NCBI RefSeq assembly: GCF_009914755.1
Contig: NC_060945.1
Reading direction: 5' to 3' (one strand)
Source of the DNA: the human T2T-CHM13v2.0 reference genome, Homo sapiens
Length of the DNA stretch: 64,000 bases
This document shows, one piece after another, positions 26,010 through 38,530 of this stretch. Under the pieces are notes generated by a model. That model was not told where the DNA came from, did not search any database, and saw only the letters and a program-made list of their open reading frames with translations. Numbering within the stretch: the first letter of the stretch is position 1; every line of letters starts with the position of its first letter. A program made the translations under genes and the position numbers.

Positions 26010-27415
26010 TTTCCTCTCCATGACAATGTCTACGTCTGTGACTTCCGTGAACAACTGCTGAGATGCAGGGTTGACTTCCAGATCTTCAATTCCAGCCTCA
26101 ACCTCTCTCCTGGGCCTGCAAGTCATATGCCACTGCCTGTGAGGAGCTGACACTTGGGTATCTCAAACTTGGGCACTTCAACCTCAGCGCATTCAAACCT
26201 ATGCTCGTCAACTCACTCCAGACCTGCTCTTCCTTCAAGTTCTCCTGGTCAGTTAGAGACATTACCACCTTTCTTGGTGCTCCAGCTAAACATCAGGGCA
26301 TCACCAACCCCATATCTGATCCCCCTCCAAATCTCATTGATTCTGTCTCCTGTGTTCTCAAATCCACACACTGATATTACCTCATCCAGCCAACTCTGAT
26401 TCCTCTTCTGCACAATAACTTTCTAACTGGCCCCTCTGCATCCATTCTTGTCCCTGAATTACCCATTCTTCCCTCTGCAGCCAAAAGTACTTAAATATCC
26501 TTTCCCTTATTCATTCGACAAATATTTATGAAGTATCTATCACAAGTTAGGGCACCATGCCAAGTACAGTATATAGTGGTGAGCAAAAGAGCTGTAGCTC
26601 CCATCTTCATGGAGTAGACATGAATCTGATTGTCATCTCTGTGCTTAGTATCTGCGGCTTGCAGAAGACAGCCCCCAAAGATGTCCACGTCCTCATGGAA
26701 CGGGGGCACAAGCTAAAACATGCAAGCAGCCAGCAAAAGCTGGAAAAGACAAGAAAAAGTATCCTCCTGTAGAGCTTCCTGAAAGAACACAGCACTGCCA
26801 ACACCTTGATCCTAGCCCAGTGAGACCCAGTTTGGACTTAGACTCTCTAGAACTATGCTGTTTTAAGCCACAAAGTATATGATAATTAGGACAACCATAG
26901 AAAACTAATATGTTGGTTTACTAATATTCATAGTATCAAAACAGCACAGTATCCTTCAATAGCTTCCCAGTGCCTTTGGGATAAAGCAGAATCCTTAGCA
27001 AGGATGGCAAGGCTCTTGTGAACTGCCCTGCCAGCCACAGCCTCACCTGGCCACTCTCATTTCCTCTGTCCACTGCCAGAAAGCTAAACTGCTTCCAGCT
27101 CTCAAAGGAGCTCTTCTTTCTGAGCCTGGAACAAACTCTTCCCACTTCCTGGAACACCCCCTCCCTTCCTCCCTGCTTTATCTGCTGCACACCTACTCCC
27201 AACTTCAACCTTCAAGTTAAAGACCCTCAGCCTGTTCATGTTAGAGGTGCCCATGCTCCCTTTACTTACCTGTTCACACCTGTCTCTGTATGTTTTAATG
27301 TCTCTAATCCCCACTTAATTAAAAACTAGAGGGCAGAGTCTAGGATTCTCTTATTCACCATCGTGAATGCCTACGATGGTGGGCACTCAACACAAATTTT
27401 CAAAATGTATGAATG
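26010..27415 (+). mobile_element. L2 LINE remnant, interrupted by an antisense L2 3' piece (~26500-26640) and MLT1D
   Basis: cttcaattccagcctcaacctctctcc, ttctaactggcccctctgcatcc, agcttcccagtgcc, gagggcagag...gcactcaa L2 motifs; boundaries approximate. Confidence 0.65.
26652..26911 (+). mobile_element. MaLR LTR, MLT1D-like, internally deleted
   Basis: cccccaaagatgtccacgtcct ... gccaacaccttgatcctagcccagtgagacc ... atagaaaactaata. Confidence 0.75.
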
Positions 27416-27556
27416 CACCAATAAGGGACAAAAGGTAAGTTTCTCTTTCATCTAAAGCATAGTTCCCATTGTGTACATCTGGCCACTTGTCATACTCAAA
27501 CAGCTGCTTTATCATCCAAAATCGTTTTGACATCTTAAATTTTGATTGCTTTACCT

Positions 27557-27558
<2 letters not shown>

Positions 27559-27608
<50 letters not shown>
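27559..27608. repeat. (AC)25 microsatellite
   Basis: Perfect dinucleotide run. Confidence 0.98.
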
Positions 27609-27612
<4 letters not shown>

Positions 27613-28503
27613 CCCTCCACTGTTATGCATCTTATTTTTTACACATTGCACTTTTAAGTTTTTATCTGGTGACATTTTCTCACCTTCTAGCATCACCTGC
27701 AAGGTGCAGCTACACTTCCTGGGTCCCTGTATTCATTCATTCCAAGCAGATCACCAATCATCAAACACAATATGACCAGTCATGGGCAATATCTAAAATA
27801 GCCATTAGCCAGTGGCCCCTCAGAATCACTTTACCCCTCTAGGAAGATGGCGCTTCCAACCTCCCATGGCCAAGCGTTCACATGGAACGTCTGCTGTGGT
27901 GGAGAAAAGTGCATACAAGGAAGTGGACTCCTCCCATTGTGTCCACTCAGCACCTCCTCCAGTAGGGACCTCATCTCCTTTCTGAGGACTCTTCTCCCTT
28001 CCCCCACTACACCTGTGAATACAAGGTGAGGCACCTTTGTGGCCACATTTCAGGCCAACTACAACAGCTCCCTGGAAAATTTAAAACTGAGAAAGAGATG
28101 CTGCTCTCTCCCATTTCCAACAGTTTGCACCAAAGAAGCTAAAAGAAGAAGCTAAAGTCCAGGAGGAAGCGAGAGAGGGAGGAATAAACCAAGGCAGAGA
28201 AGGAGAGGATTATTTCTGAGGTTCATTCCTCAGATTGGGAGTGACCCAATCTCACCCTTGGGTTCCATGAGGCAGCCCAACATCCATTTAGCACATTCTC
28301 CTTTTTGCCTTAGCTTTTTAAGTTGTGTTTTCATCACTTACAACTAACATGTTGTAAACCTTTGTAAACCCTCATAAACCACAGCAAAAAGTGAGTCCAT
28401 CTATGGCTGTACAGAAGCTCGCTTCATATGCAAAGTGAACCATGTGCCAGGTAGCAGCATACTCTCTCTCAGAGAATGCAAGATCATCATTCATCCATCT
28501 TAC

Positions 28504-29598
28504 TGTAGGAAGTGCAGACCTTACTACAAGAGACTCTGGCCCCACTTGGTGTTCCCAGTTCTTGACACCACAGCGAGAAAGAATCCAGGGATGAGTCAGA
28601 ATGAATGAAAGGCAAGAAGCTTTTATTGCAAAGCGAAAGTACACACTCAACAGTGGGCGCGCAAGCGTTCTCAGGAGACTGAGTCACGCACAACACAGGT
28701 GGGGTTTCACATTTCTAATTTTACGAGCTCTTCTAATTAGAGGTGGAATATTCACGACATTTTCTAGGAAAAGGGTGGGGACTTTTTAGAATTGAGGTCC
28801 CACCCTTTTTTTGTTTGTTTGTTTGTTTGGAGTGCAGTGGTGCCATCTCGGCTCACAGCAACCTCTGCCTCCAGGATTCAAGTGATTCTTCTACCTCAGC
28901 CTCCGGAGTAGCTGGGATTAGAGGTGCATGCCACCACGCCTGGCTAATTTTTAATTTTTGTATTTTCAGTAGAGACAGGGTTTCATCAGGTTGGCCAGGC
29001 TGGTCTCGAACTCCTGACCTCAGGTGATCCGCCCTCCTCAGCCTCCCACAGTGCTGGGATTACAGGAGTGAGCCACCGTGCCCTGTCACCACCCATTTTT
29101 ATACTAAATATGGGCATGCTCAGCCCTTGGTCATGTTCACTAGTGGGTGTGTGATTTAGTGTGGTAATGAGCATATAATTAGGTATGAGGTAGGGCATAC
29201 GGGCAAATCCAATGCCATGTTGGATCTAGCCAGGTTCAACCAGCTTAGCCCTCACCCTGCTTGTGAGGGTCTTATCAGCCCAAGCTCATCCTTGTCCTTG
29301 TAGCTAATTCTAACAGCTCCTTTCTTGCTGCTGTGTGAAATTGCTGCTTGATATTTTCCCACTTCTCTGGTGACCACCCAGCATTCTTATTTTATGGGTG
29401 TTTCTTTAATTAGGAAATGGAATAATCATTAGATATTCTGGAAAAAGAGGGAATTTCAGGGACCCCTGTTTACCAATCCCTTTCTCCCTTATTTGGATTT
29501 GCCTGGAAGAGACACGGACCTGTCACCCTGACCAGGGTTTTGGCCATTTTCTCTCCCTTATTTTGGGTTTTCTGTTATCCTGCAGCTTCTTTGGCTAT
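28504..29598 (-). mobile_element. ERV1-class solo LTR (MER50/MER61/LTR9-like), interrupted by an Alu
   Basis: aagcttttattgcaaagcgaaagtacacactc (antisense polyA signal), ggtggaatattcac..gaaaagggtgggg, gtaatgagcatataat motifs; family and right boundary uncertain. Confidence 0.7.
28806..29086 (-). mobile_element. Alu (AluSx-like) lacking the ~25 nt before the tail, (TTTG)n tail
   Basis: TSD ccaccc(t/a)tttt on both sides. Confidence 0.92.
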
Positions 29599-31694
29599 TA
29601 GAAATGTGTTTCAACAGTCTAAACTAGAACTAAGTATAACGTGATAATGCCCCAAAAGTAGAGTGTTGGGGACGGAGAAGACCGATGCAAATAATGATGA
29701 TAACTTTAATGATAAATTAGTGGTGCATATGTGTAACAGACACATCTAAACTGAGTTAATGTGGAGACAAGGTAGAGAGATGTTGCCTCCAGTCTTGAAG
29801 CCCATCCAGCCAGTTTCTGTTGCAAAAAAAGTCCTCAGTCAAGTTAAATGAAGGAATGAAAATGAGATGAGAAGAGAGATGGCAGCACCAATTCTCCTCC
29901 TTCTTCTCTTCCAGTCTTAACATTCTGCACCCCATTCCTTGTTATTTATTTTCAAGGAAAACTTGAATTTTGAATAGCCAAGTTTTCTTTGCTTACCATG
30001 CACATTAAGGTATGACTCTGGGCAGCCCAGGACAATAGCTCCGAATCCTGTGCTTTCCAGTGCCTTAGAGAAACACACACTGGACCTCCATGGATACAAT
30101 GGGAAAACAGCAGGATTGAGAGCAGGTCCAGACTGCCATAGTCTCAAGGCTCTGCTTCTAAGATCTGCAGAATCACACAGGGAAACGCTATGGGACTCTA
30201 AGGCTTCATGATACTCCTGACTGGGAAGCCAAACTCTCCTCCTGATCAGACTCAGGTCACCTCCTGTAGCCACTCTCAGCATTCCAGTACAATTCCCACT
30301 ACAGAAGCACACCTCACTAGAGCAACAGAGAACTTAGCCCTTCCCAGAACACAAGAATCTGAGGACAAGTTCACTCCTCAGATGTGTTGATCTAAGGCAA
30401 AACATTGTCTGTGCGCCCCCCAATGCACACTCCTCACCACCATCTCATTTTTTATTTTGGTGTGTCTCAAAGAAAAATTTAACCTCAATGGCACCTGTGA
30501 AGAAGAAGAAAAGTCACAAGTGGAAGGAGTGGAAGTAGGAAAAAAATGGAATAGAAATGGTAGCTCAAAGACGCATGAATGAGCCCTAAATTAATTTTCA
30601 CATTAGCTGGAGCACCACGCATTTATAGAGTTACAACCCATCCACCAGCAGCAACACGGGGCTCCACTGCCTCCCCAGGGTAATATCATCTATTTACCAT
30701 GACAAAAAGATCTGTCTCAAACAAGGAGCTAGTTTGGATGTTAGTCACTTCCAAATATCAGTTTGATAGCATTATAATGGACTAAGTGTTGATTTCAGCT
30801 CATTGGTAAACCGAACACTTCATAGAGTCATTTGAAACAGAAAAATTAAGCAGGTAAATGTTGGGATAAAAAAAAAATTAACAAATCTTCAAATAGGAAA
30901 TGCATTTATTAAATTAATTGCGTAGGAAAATGACAGAAAAGGTAGGAAGAGAGAAAGGACATTTCCCTAGACACAAAATGTCTTAGAGGCCTGGAGCAGG
31001 ACACTCGAGCCTAAAATAACTCTCGATTCCTTAGGTTCCATGTCTTTTAGCAGAAGCTAACTTTTCTGGCTCAGAGTGTATAACTGAACTCCAGTGTGAA
31101 ATATTGAAAGAAAATGACTACAGAGGACCTATTTAGACATTCCTGGCAAGAGCCAGGTTAGAGGAGAGGAGGGAAAGGGCTGTTTATCTTGACAGAGGAT
31201 TTCCTTACCAGAACATGGAAAACATTCTTTTTGTCAAATATGGTTAATAGTCACCCAGTAACACAAAGAGCAGTTTCAGTAGCTTAACATCAACATGGGG
31301 TGACTGGGAAAGCTGACCGTGCCCCAGCAGATGGAACATGTGCTAACTCACAGCCATGTCTTGGATGGGGACAGTGTTGTTGATGAGTGCATAGGAAAAA
31401 TATCATTAGCTAGTACACTTTCCACCAAGGAAAATGTTGTCACCTACTTACTAGGTAATGTAGACATGCCCAACCAAAAATGAGGCAAGCAGCAATATTA
31501 ACACATCCTCAAAATGCCTTGAAAGACCCGGCTGCCTTTTCAAATAGGAAGAACAGAGGATGCCCTCACACATACAACTTCCCCATTCTGATGGGAATGA
31601 CTGACTTTTTGTAGCATTGCAACCAACTCCCTCGCTAAGCTCTGTGGGTATTTCCCCTGGAGGTTGAGGCCTCTGAACAGAACATCTGTGATGA

Positions 31695-31840
31695 GAACAG
31701 TATGGAGTAATGGAAACATCTTGGATTTTAGACTTGGTTATGTAGCTTCTAGCCCTGAGTCTGCCACTGACTGGGTTTTCTGAAACAATTCAGAGTCTCT
31801 CTGGGCCACAGTTTCCTGAAAACCTTCTCAATTCCAATAT
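31695..31840 (+). mobile_element. MIR fragment
   Basis: ttctagccctgagtctgccactgact...tctctctgggccacagtttcct. Confidence 0.55.
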
Positions 31841-32439
31841 GTAAAAAGACAGTCACAGAGATAGAAACCCTCTTAAAGGTTATGTATATTAGAGATAAAG
31901 CCCTGAGCTAACCTTCTAGTTTCAAGTCAAATATCAATATTAAGGTTTGGTTTTGTTTTCAAAGACATCCAACATTTTTGTTTCATTCTTCAGGTTTCAG
32001 AATTAGCTCAAGGAACTTTTATATGTGGTTCATCGTATTTGCTCTTTCCTCCATCCACACCTCTTAAGGCACAGTTTTCTGTATCTTCTCTCTACATGAC
32101 CCCAAATTAAATAAATAAATAAATATGAATTTTGTTCTCAAATTCTTTGACATTCTAATTATCTAAAATGCTCTTCTTTTATACCTGAGGTTTTTTTTAA
32201 AAAAAAGGGTCATTACTACTTCTTACTTGAGAATTATGCAAATTTGGGGAGAGATTTTATATTTTTTTCTGCAAATAAGAATAAGAATATTGTGATGTGT
32301 GTGGTGTGCTTATTTCCCTGAGAATCTGAGCAATTATGAGTTCATTTTGAGTTTTTTCATTCAAATAACAAAAGCTGGAAGCAGTAAACTCTAAAACCAG
32401 AAAAGTACTTGGGAATATCATGAGCTTGTGTTTGGTTTA

Positions 32440-32942
32440 GTAGACTGCAATATGGTCAATATACTTTGTATCTGTTCCCATCAAGAGACTGAGTCTATTT
32501 CCCTGTCTCTTTAATCTAGCCGTGTGTCTTGCTCTCGCAAATAAAAGGCAGCAGAAGTGCTATTTGGCCACTTCTCATGGGAACTTCTCAGCTTTGTCCT
32601 CTAGAGGTCTTGTAGATACTGTCTGATGCTTTAACAATCCTGCCACCACCTGAACAAGCCCCTAATAGCTTACTGAAAGATGAGAGACCTTTGGCAGTCA
32701 CTCCCTCACCTCAGCCTCTAACCAACCAACTACCAATCGAGTGAATGAAGCTACTGGGACTGGCCAGCACAAGCTGACCCACAAAATGACCACACACTCA
32801 CAAGCAAGCCCAGCCAACATCAGCTGAGCTCAAATCAGACCAAAAGAACCACCTAGCAGAATCATAAGCTAACCAAATGGTTGTTGTTTGAAGCCATTTG
32901 ATTTTGGGATTGTTTCTTATGCAGCAAATACTAACTGATACA
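32440..32942 (+). mobile_element. MaLR solo LTR, MLT1G/H-like
   Basis: cccatcaagagactgagtctatttccc ... tgtttgaagcca..gattttgggattgtttcttatgcagcaaatactaactgataca. Confidence 0.75.
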
Positions 32943-32996
32943 CCCAGTTTGTTTTTAACAAAGGCTAATCTAAGCATCATTCTGCATTATGTTTTA

Positions 32997-33131
32997 TTTA
33001 TTTATTTATTTAGAGATAGGGTCTCGCTATCTGGGCAATAGCCCAGCGTGGTCTTGAAATGCTGATCTCAAGCCAGCCTCCTACCTCAACCTCCTGAAGT
33101 ATAAGATTACAGACAAGTCACCACGCCCAGC
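32997..33131 (-). mobile_element. Free left Alu monomer (FLAM_C-like)
   Basis: TSD ctgcattatgtttta (32982-32996 / 33132-33146). Confidence 0.85.
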
Positions 33132-33324
33132 CTGCATTATGTTTTAGATAATATAAAGTAAGTAGTATGTTCTCAGTAACCCCCTTTTATCTTGCCTTTT
33201 CTTTGCCCTCAGCACACAGCACTCTCTCCAGATACTGCCATATTCTGCCATCCTCAGTATTCCTGTCCCAAGAGAAACTATTTAATAAAATCGATTTGAG
33301 CAAATACATGAACAGATAGAGTAT

Positions 33325-33470
33325 TTTCAGATGCATTATCTCATTATATTTCATTTTATTTTCACAACAACCCATGAAGTGATAAACATCATTCCCATTT
33401 TACAGATAAGGAAACCGCAGCTCAGAAAGGAAAAAGCTTGTCCATGGCCACTAAACTAGTAAGCAGTCTC
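33325..33470 (-). mobile_element. MIR SINE
   Basis: tcacaacaacccatgaagt...attcccattttacagataaggaaaccgcagctcaga. Confidence 0.8.
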
Positions 33471-33872
33471 TCACCTCCAAACCTTATAGTTCCCTACCCA
33501 TCACACTTCCACCTCAAGTTTCTCTCCATCTAAGATACTGGCATTTCAAAAGAAAAGAATTTGCATTCCTGGAGGAGAGGCTCCTTGCCACCAACCCTAT
33601 TGAAAATTCATACATTAATAGTAGATTACAGAAAACATTTTGGAGAGGTCATTCCTGATGTTCCTCAAATTACAATTTATATTCCTCAAATGTAAAAGAG
33701 TGCAAGCTCCTCCTCTGTCAGAGACCCAAAGAAAGGAATCCATTTAAGCAGTATGTCCTTTAGTTACACACTCAGAATATGACTGTGCACCACTGTTTGA
33801 CTGAAGGATAATTTAAGGACATTTCTTTAAGGATGTCATTATTGCCTCCATTTAATGACTGTTAGCCTAAGC

Positions 33873-34066
33873 CTGTGGTTCTCAAAGTGTGGATCTAGGA
33901 CCAACAGCATCAGCTCCACCTGGAAACTTTTGAAACTACAAGTTCTAAGGCCCCACCCCAGGCCCACTGAATCAAACCTCTGGAGATGGGGTTGAGCTGT
34001 GTGTTTTTTAACAAGCCCTCCACATTACTAGGAAGCATGCTTAGAAGTGAGGAGTGAGAACTCCAT
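33873..34066. mobile_element. MER5A hAT-Charlie DNA transposon
   Basis: gtggttctcaaagtgtgg...cagcatcag...ctgaatca...ttttaacaagccctcc...tgagaac. Confidence 0.85.
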
Positions 34067-34097
34067 GACAATTGCTCAATCCACTGACTTCATAGAG

Positions 34098-34304
34098 TAG
34101 GGGCTGGTAAACTGCAGCCCATGGGCCAAGTCCAGCCAGCCACCTGCTTTTTGTAAATAAAGTTTTATTGGCACACAGAAGTCAGTTTGCTTCCATACCA
34201 CACCACAAGAGCAAAGTTAAGAAGTTGAGACTGAGACCATATGGTCCACAAAAGCAAAAATAGTTACAATCTGGCCCTTTACAGAAAGAGTTTATCAACT
34301 GCTG
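34098..34304. mobile_element. MER58A-like hAT DNA transposon
   Basis: ggtaaactgcagcccatgggccaagtccagcc...tttgtaaataaagttttattgg...ctggccctttacagaaa. Confidence 0.85.
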
Positions 34305-34324
34305 TCCTGGGGGTTGACTACATT

Positions 34325-34560
34325 CAGGTGCAATGGATAAGAACATAGGTTTTATATTCAGACAATATAAGGTTTAATACCAATCTTCACAATTTACTAA
34401 GTGGCCTACCATGAGAAGTTTCTTAATTGCTCTAAGTAGGACTGCATTTCTTCCTCCTCTATACACTGGAGACAGTCAACTTGTAAGGTTGTTGAAAAGA
34501 TGAGATGAGATTGTGTGTATGAAGTGCTGAACAAAGAACATACTGCAGATTCAATGAGTG
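34325..34560 (+). mobile_element. MIR SINE (degenerate)
   Basis: gtgcaatggataagaaca...ggttgttgaaaagatgagatgaga...aagtgct. Confidence 0.6.
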
Positions 34561-34629
34561 GCTTTGCACTCATCTCTGTAAATAAACACAGTATCTATCT
34601 CCTTAAGGCATCATGTGAACAACCGGAAA

Positions 34630-35007
34630 GCTGTGCATTTGGAGTGGATGCTGGGATGCACCCACCTCAGATCCCCTTCAATAAAGGACTAGTAGCCCCA
34701 GCTGCAGTCAGTGTCCACAGAAGCCTTCAGTTCCCAGGGCCTGCAGGAGTGGCCTCAGAGGCCTCAGTCATGCCCTTCCTGATTGATTGGGAAGGAGTAT
34801 AAAAGCCTGGCCATCTTAGCTCCAGTCAGAACTCTGAGGTTCATTTGAGCTCCAGAGTCCCCTGTGGGGCTGACTGAGGCTGCAACTCAACTTCTTTCCT
34901 GCCCACTCCTGCCCCCATCCAACAGGTGTTGCTTCCAGCCCGAGGACTCTCCCCAGTGAACGTGCTGCATGCCAAGGTCTGCCCTCTTAGTGAGCCCAAC
35001 CATGACA
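34630..35007 (+). mobile_element. ERVL solo LTR, LTR16C-like
   Basis: ggagtataaaagcctggccatct...gctccagagtcccctgtggggctgactgaggc...cccaaccatgaca. Confidence 0.7.
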
Positions 35008-35559
35008 TCTCAAGACTTGGAGAAAATGTCTAGAACTGTCTGACATAAAATGCCATGATATTCCCATGGCAATAAGCCTCGAAGATAAAGGTCTAGGAAA
35101 GTGGGGAGAGGTTTTTGAGAATTTCCACTGGAGGGTGCTGTCTTTGGTGGACAAAGTTATATTTCCATGGTGGTAGTAGTTGCAATAAGAAAAACCTGAG
35201 TTCTCTGGTGCACCGATTACGGAGATGTTTAAACTCATCTTTATAGCTCAGTGCCCTGGGCAGCTACCCAGCTGGCCCATCCCATAACCCATCTCTGATT
35301 CCAAAAGCTCCTTCAAGTCTTGGTAGATAGGAAACAGGGCATCAAAATGACACCTAAGTCCAGCCCAAGGAAAACACTAGGTTGTTGCAGAGGAGAAGCA
35401 GCAACCAGGGTAGATGCTGAGTAAAGACCTTCTGATGTGTAACCAGGCTTATCCCCAGAAAGGGGGTTAAGTGTGATGGTGATAACCCCACTAGTGTGGG
35501 GTTATCAGCATCACACTAGTGCCCACCTGGGTGGACTTTCGGTAGACAATCTCCATTTT

Positions 35560-35767
35560 AAAAAAGAAGAAAAAGAAGGAGAAGAAGAGGAAAAAGGAAG
35601 AGGAGTACCAGAAGGAGAAGGAAAAGAAGAAGAAATGGAGATAAGGAAGAAAAAAAGAAGGAAAAGAGGAAGGAACTAGGAAGGGAAGGTGGGGAAAAGG
35701 AAGAAAGGGGAAAGATAGGGAAGGAGGGAGAGAAGACGTGAGGGAATGGGGAGAGAGGAAAAAAAGT
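35560..35767. repeat. GA-rich polypurine low-complexity tract
   Basis: ~205 nt almost entirely A/G. Confidence 0.9.
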
Positions 35768-36579
35768 AGAGCTTCTATTCATAATGGTCAAACTATCAAA
35801 ATGCCCATCAACAACAGAATGTAAACTTCATCAAGCTGTACACTTAGGATATATCCATGGCCACTTTTCTGTATTGTGTTATATATCAACTGAAACTGCT
35901 AAAAGGAAGAGTTCTCACTGGCTCCGTATGCCCCAAAAACAGCAAGTAAAAGCTGAGGCTTATGGAAATTAATCCTGAAATTAGACCTCCAGGATAATTC
36001 ATGGGGTAAAAAAAACAGAAAAATGCTTCAAAAACACCTAATTGAAGCCTGGTGACTTTGTCTACAAAGAAACACACTATTTTCATCACTAGAAGTAAGC
36101 TTTTATTCCAGATTCTTTCAATATGCACATTTGCAAAACTGTGGCTTATTTCTCCAAAGGCCTTACTAAATGCCCCACTGTTTACTAAAGAGCCAGTCTT
36201 GAAGAGCAAGGGAAAGTTTACAAGCTGCTAATGAGGGCTTAGCACCCTGGGAAGGACAAATAGCTCTACTCAGCAGCTCCACAGAGGGAAATGAGCCCCT
36301 GTGCCTGACAGGTGCCAGCCAGGAAGCGCAGTCCTGCATTGATTGCTAGGTAGCTAGAGCAGAAGGAGGTCTGGGTGAATTATCATTTCATTGACTCGGT
36401 GCAAAAGGTATACTGAGCTTAGGTCACTGGGTTCTCCACAAGCCAAGGCAGATAACAAGAAAACAACACACCATAGTAATAGCTTGATTATAACTGCTCT
36501 ATGCCACTTTTCCTTTTGACTTAAGGGAAATTGTCTTTGCAGGGAAATTAAGGGGAAGGGACACAAGGAAGACTGAGTC

Positions 36580-37200
36580 CCATTTATTTGCTTGTTTCAC
36601 ACATTCAGCCAACAAAATTTTTATCAAGTACCAACTTTGCACCAGACACTCCTATAAATGCTGCATTTGCAACATTGAACAAGATCTTCAAAGTCCTTTC
36701 CCACGTGGAGTTGATATTCTGGTGGGTGAAACCAAAACACAAATAATCAAATAAATACCTAGTATAACATCAGGTGGGAATAAGAGATAGATCTGGTTGG
36801 GAGCTGTTGCTTTACAAAAGGGCATCTCATAAATCTCTCTCGAAGGAGGGGGCATTTGCTATATAGGCCAGAGTAATACATCCCTATTTTTTCTTACATT
36901 ATTGAAAATTATTGGAAGGCTATAAGCAATGGAATGATATCATCTGATTATGCTTGTTAAGACTCACTCTGGCTGCCTGTAGATGCATTTTAGGACAAGA
37001 GTAGAAGCCTAGAGCTATGGGAAAAAGAGATGGTAGAGATCAGAGAAGTATATACAGATTTGCAATGTTTTGGAGGCTGAAGCAAAAGGATCACTAACAG
37101 CTTGAGTAGAGGTTTTGAGGGAGAGAAGGAAATCAAGGAGAACAGCCACTTTTTGGCTTGAGCTGAAGTGGTTAGCGGTACCATTTACTAGAACATTCCT
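36580..37200 (-). mobile_element. L2 LINE remnant
   Basis: cattcagccaacaaaatttttatcaagtacc, gactcactctggctgc, gagaaggaaatcaagga motifs; boundaries approximate. Confidence 0.65.
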
Positions 37201-37779
37201 GCCTCTTGATCCCCATGATAAAAAGAACTTTTCATCTATGGAATGTCTCTGTCACTATTGTCTAGAGAAGATAGAACTGGCTTGGACATATTCCTAAGAA
37301 GCAAGAAATGGCAGCCTCGTTATTTTTCAGCCCTTGTAGGCTGTAACTTTGGGAGCACACAATTCATAAATAAATTCCAAGTACCTTATTTATCTCTTTT
37401 TTTCCACTTGATTGAAATCCTGGGCATTGACTTCTACTAGGATGATGAATTTGGCTAGAACTTTGTCACATTCATTCAAGACTAATATGGTGTTATCTAG
37501 TACAAGAAACAGATGAGAAATCATTCCTGTAGGACTGAAGCTCAGACACGGCGCAAAGGAAACACATGAGACATAAGGAAATCATTGGAACACAGACATT
37601 AGACAGTCTTGTGCTGAATTAGACAATGTCTTAGTTCACCCAAAATGTAGTATTTATAGGCATGGCAAGGAATTGGGAATTAACTTGGGCCCACAGTGGT
37701 TGTGTTTCAAAGGTGAATTTTCTTAGCACTATTCAAGAGCATTGAACTTTGCATAAGCAACTAATCAACCTAGGAAAAG

Positions 37780-38530
37780 CATCCAGCCAACAAGTATTTT
37801 TTGAGACATTTTTGTCTTCCAAGTACCAAGAAGAGTACAGTAGGGATCCAAATAAACCAGCTCAGCTCCTTGATGAACCAGGGGTCTAAAGGGAAAGTTA
37901 GCACTGGCAAGGTGATTCTAAATCATGAAATACTTGCAAGGAGAAGTACAGAATGCTATGGGAGCACATACCGGGAGACCAACCCGGTGCAGGGAGTCGT
38001 GCTGAGATAGGACAGGTGTCAACAAGGCAAAGAGAAAGCAGACACCTCAAACAGAGCCAACAGTCAGGAAGCGGAAAAGAGTGTGGCGAGGAACTCTGAG
38101 GAGTGGGGCATAGTTATCTAGAGGAGAGGGCTTAGAAGAGAAGGGTGGACAAAGAGGCAGGAGAGGCCGGCAAGGGCCGGATCAGGCGACTAAGGCCTGA
38201 TAAACCACACCTGTTGTTTATTCTAAAGGCAGTGAGAAGCCACTAAGTGGCCATAAGTAGAGGAATCAAGGGCTGGGTTTTTAAAGATCACTCTGGCAGC
38301 AGGATAGGAAGGGATGGCCTAGGACAAGTGTGTTCATGGCAAGAGAGGGAGGAGGCTTGATGAGGCAGGGGCAGGGGTGGGGAACTGCAAGAGTTGCTTA
38401 GGCAGTAGCATGATGGATAGGCGTGTGCCATGCACAGAGTGGGGCAGAGGTGGGAGCTGCGGCAGGCAAGGAGGCAGCAGGGTCACCAGGATTCCCGGGT
38501 TTCAAGCCAGAGCATTTTACTAACATGGAA
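37780..38530 (-). mobile_element. L2 LINE remnant
   Basis: atccagccaacaagtattttttgag, tgctatgggagcaca, ttttaaagatcactctggcagc motifs; boundaries approximate. Confidence 0.6.
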
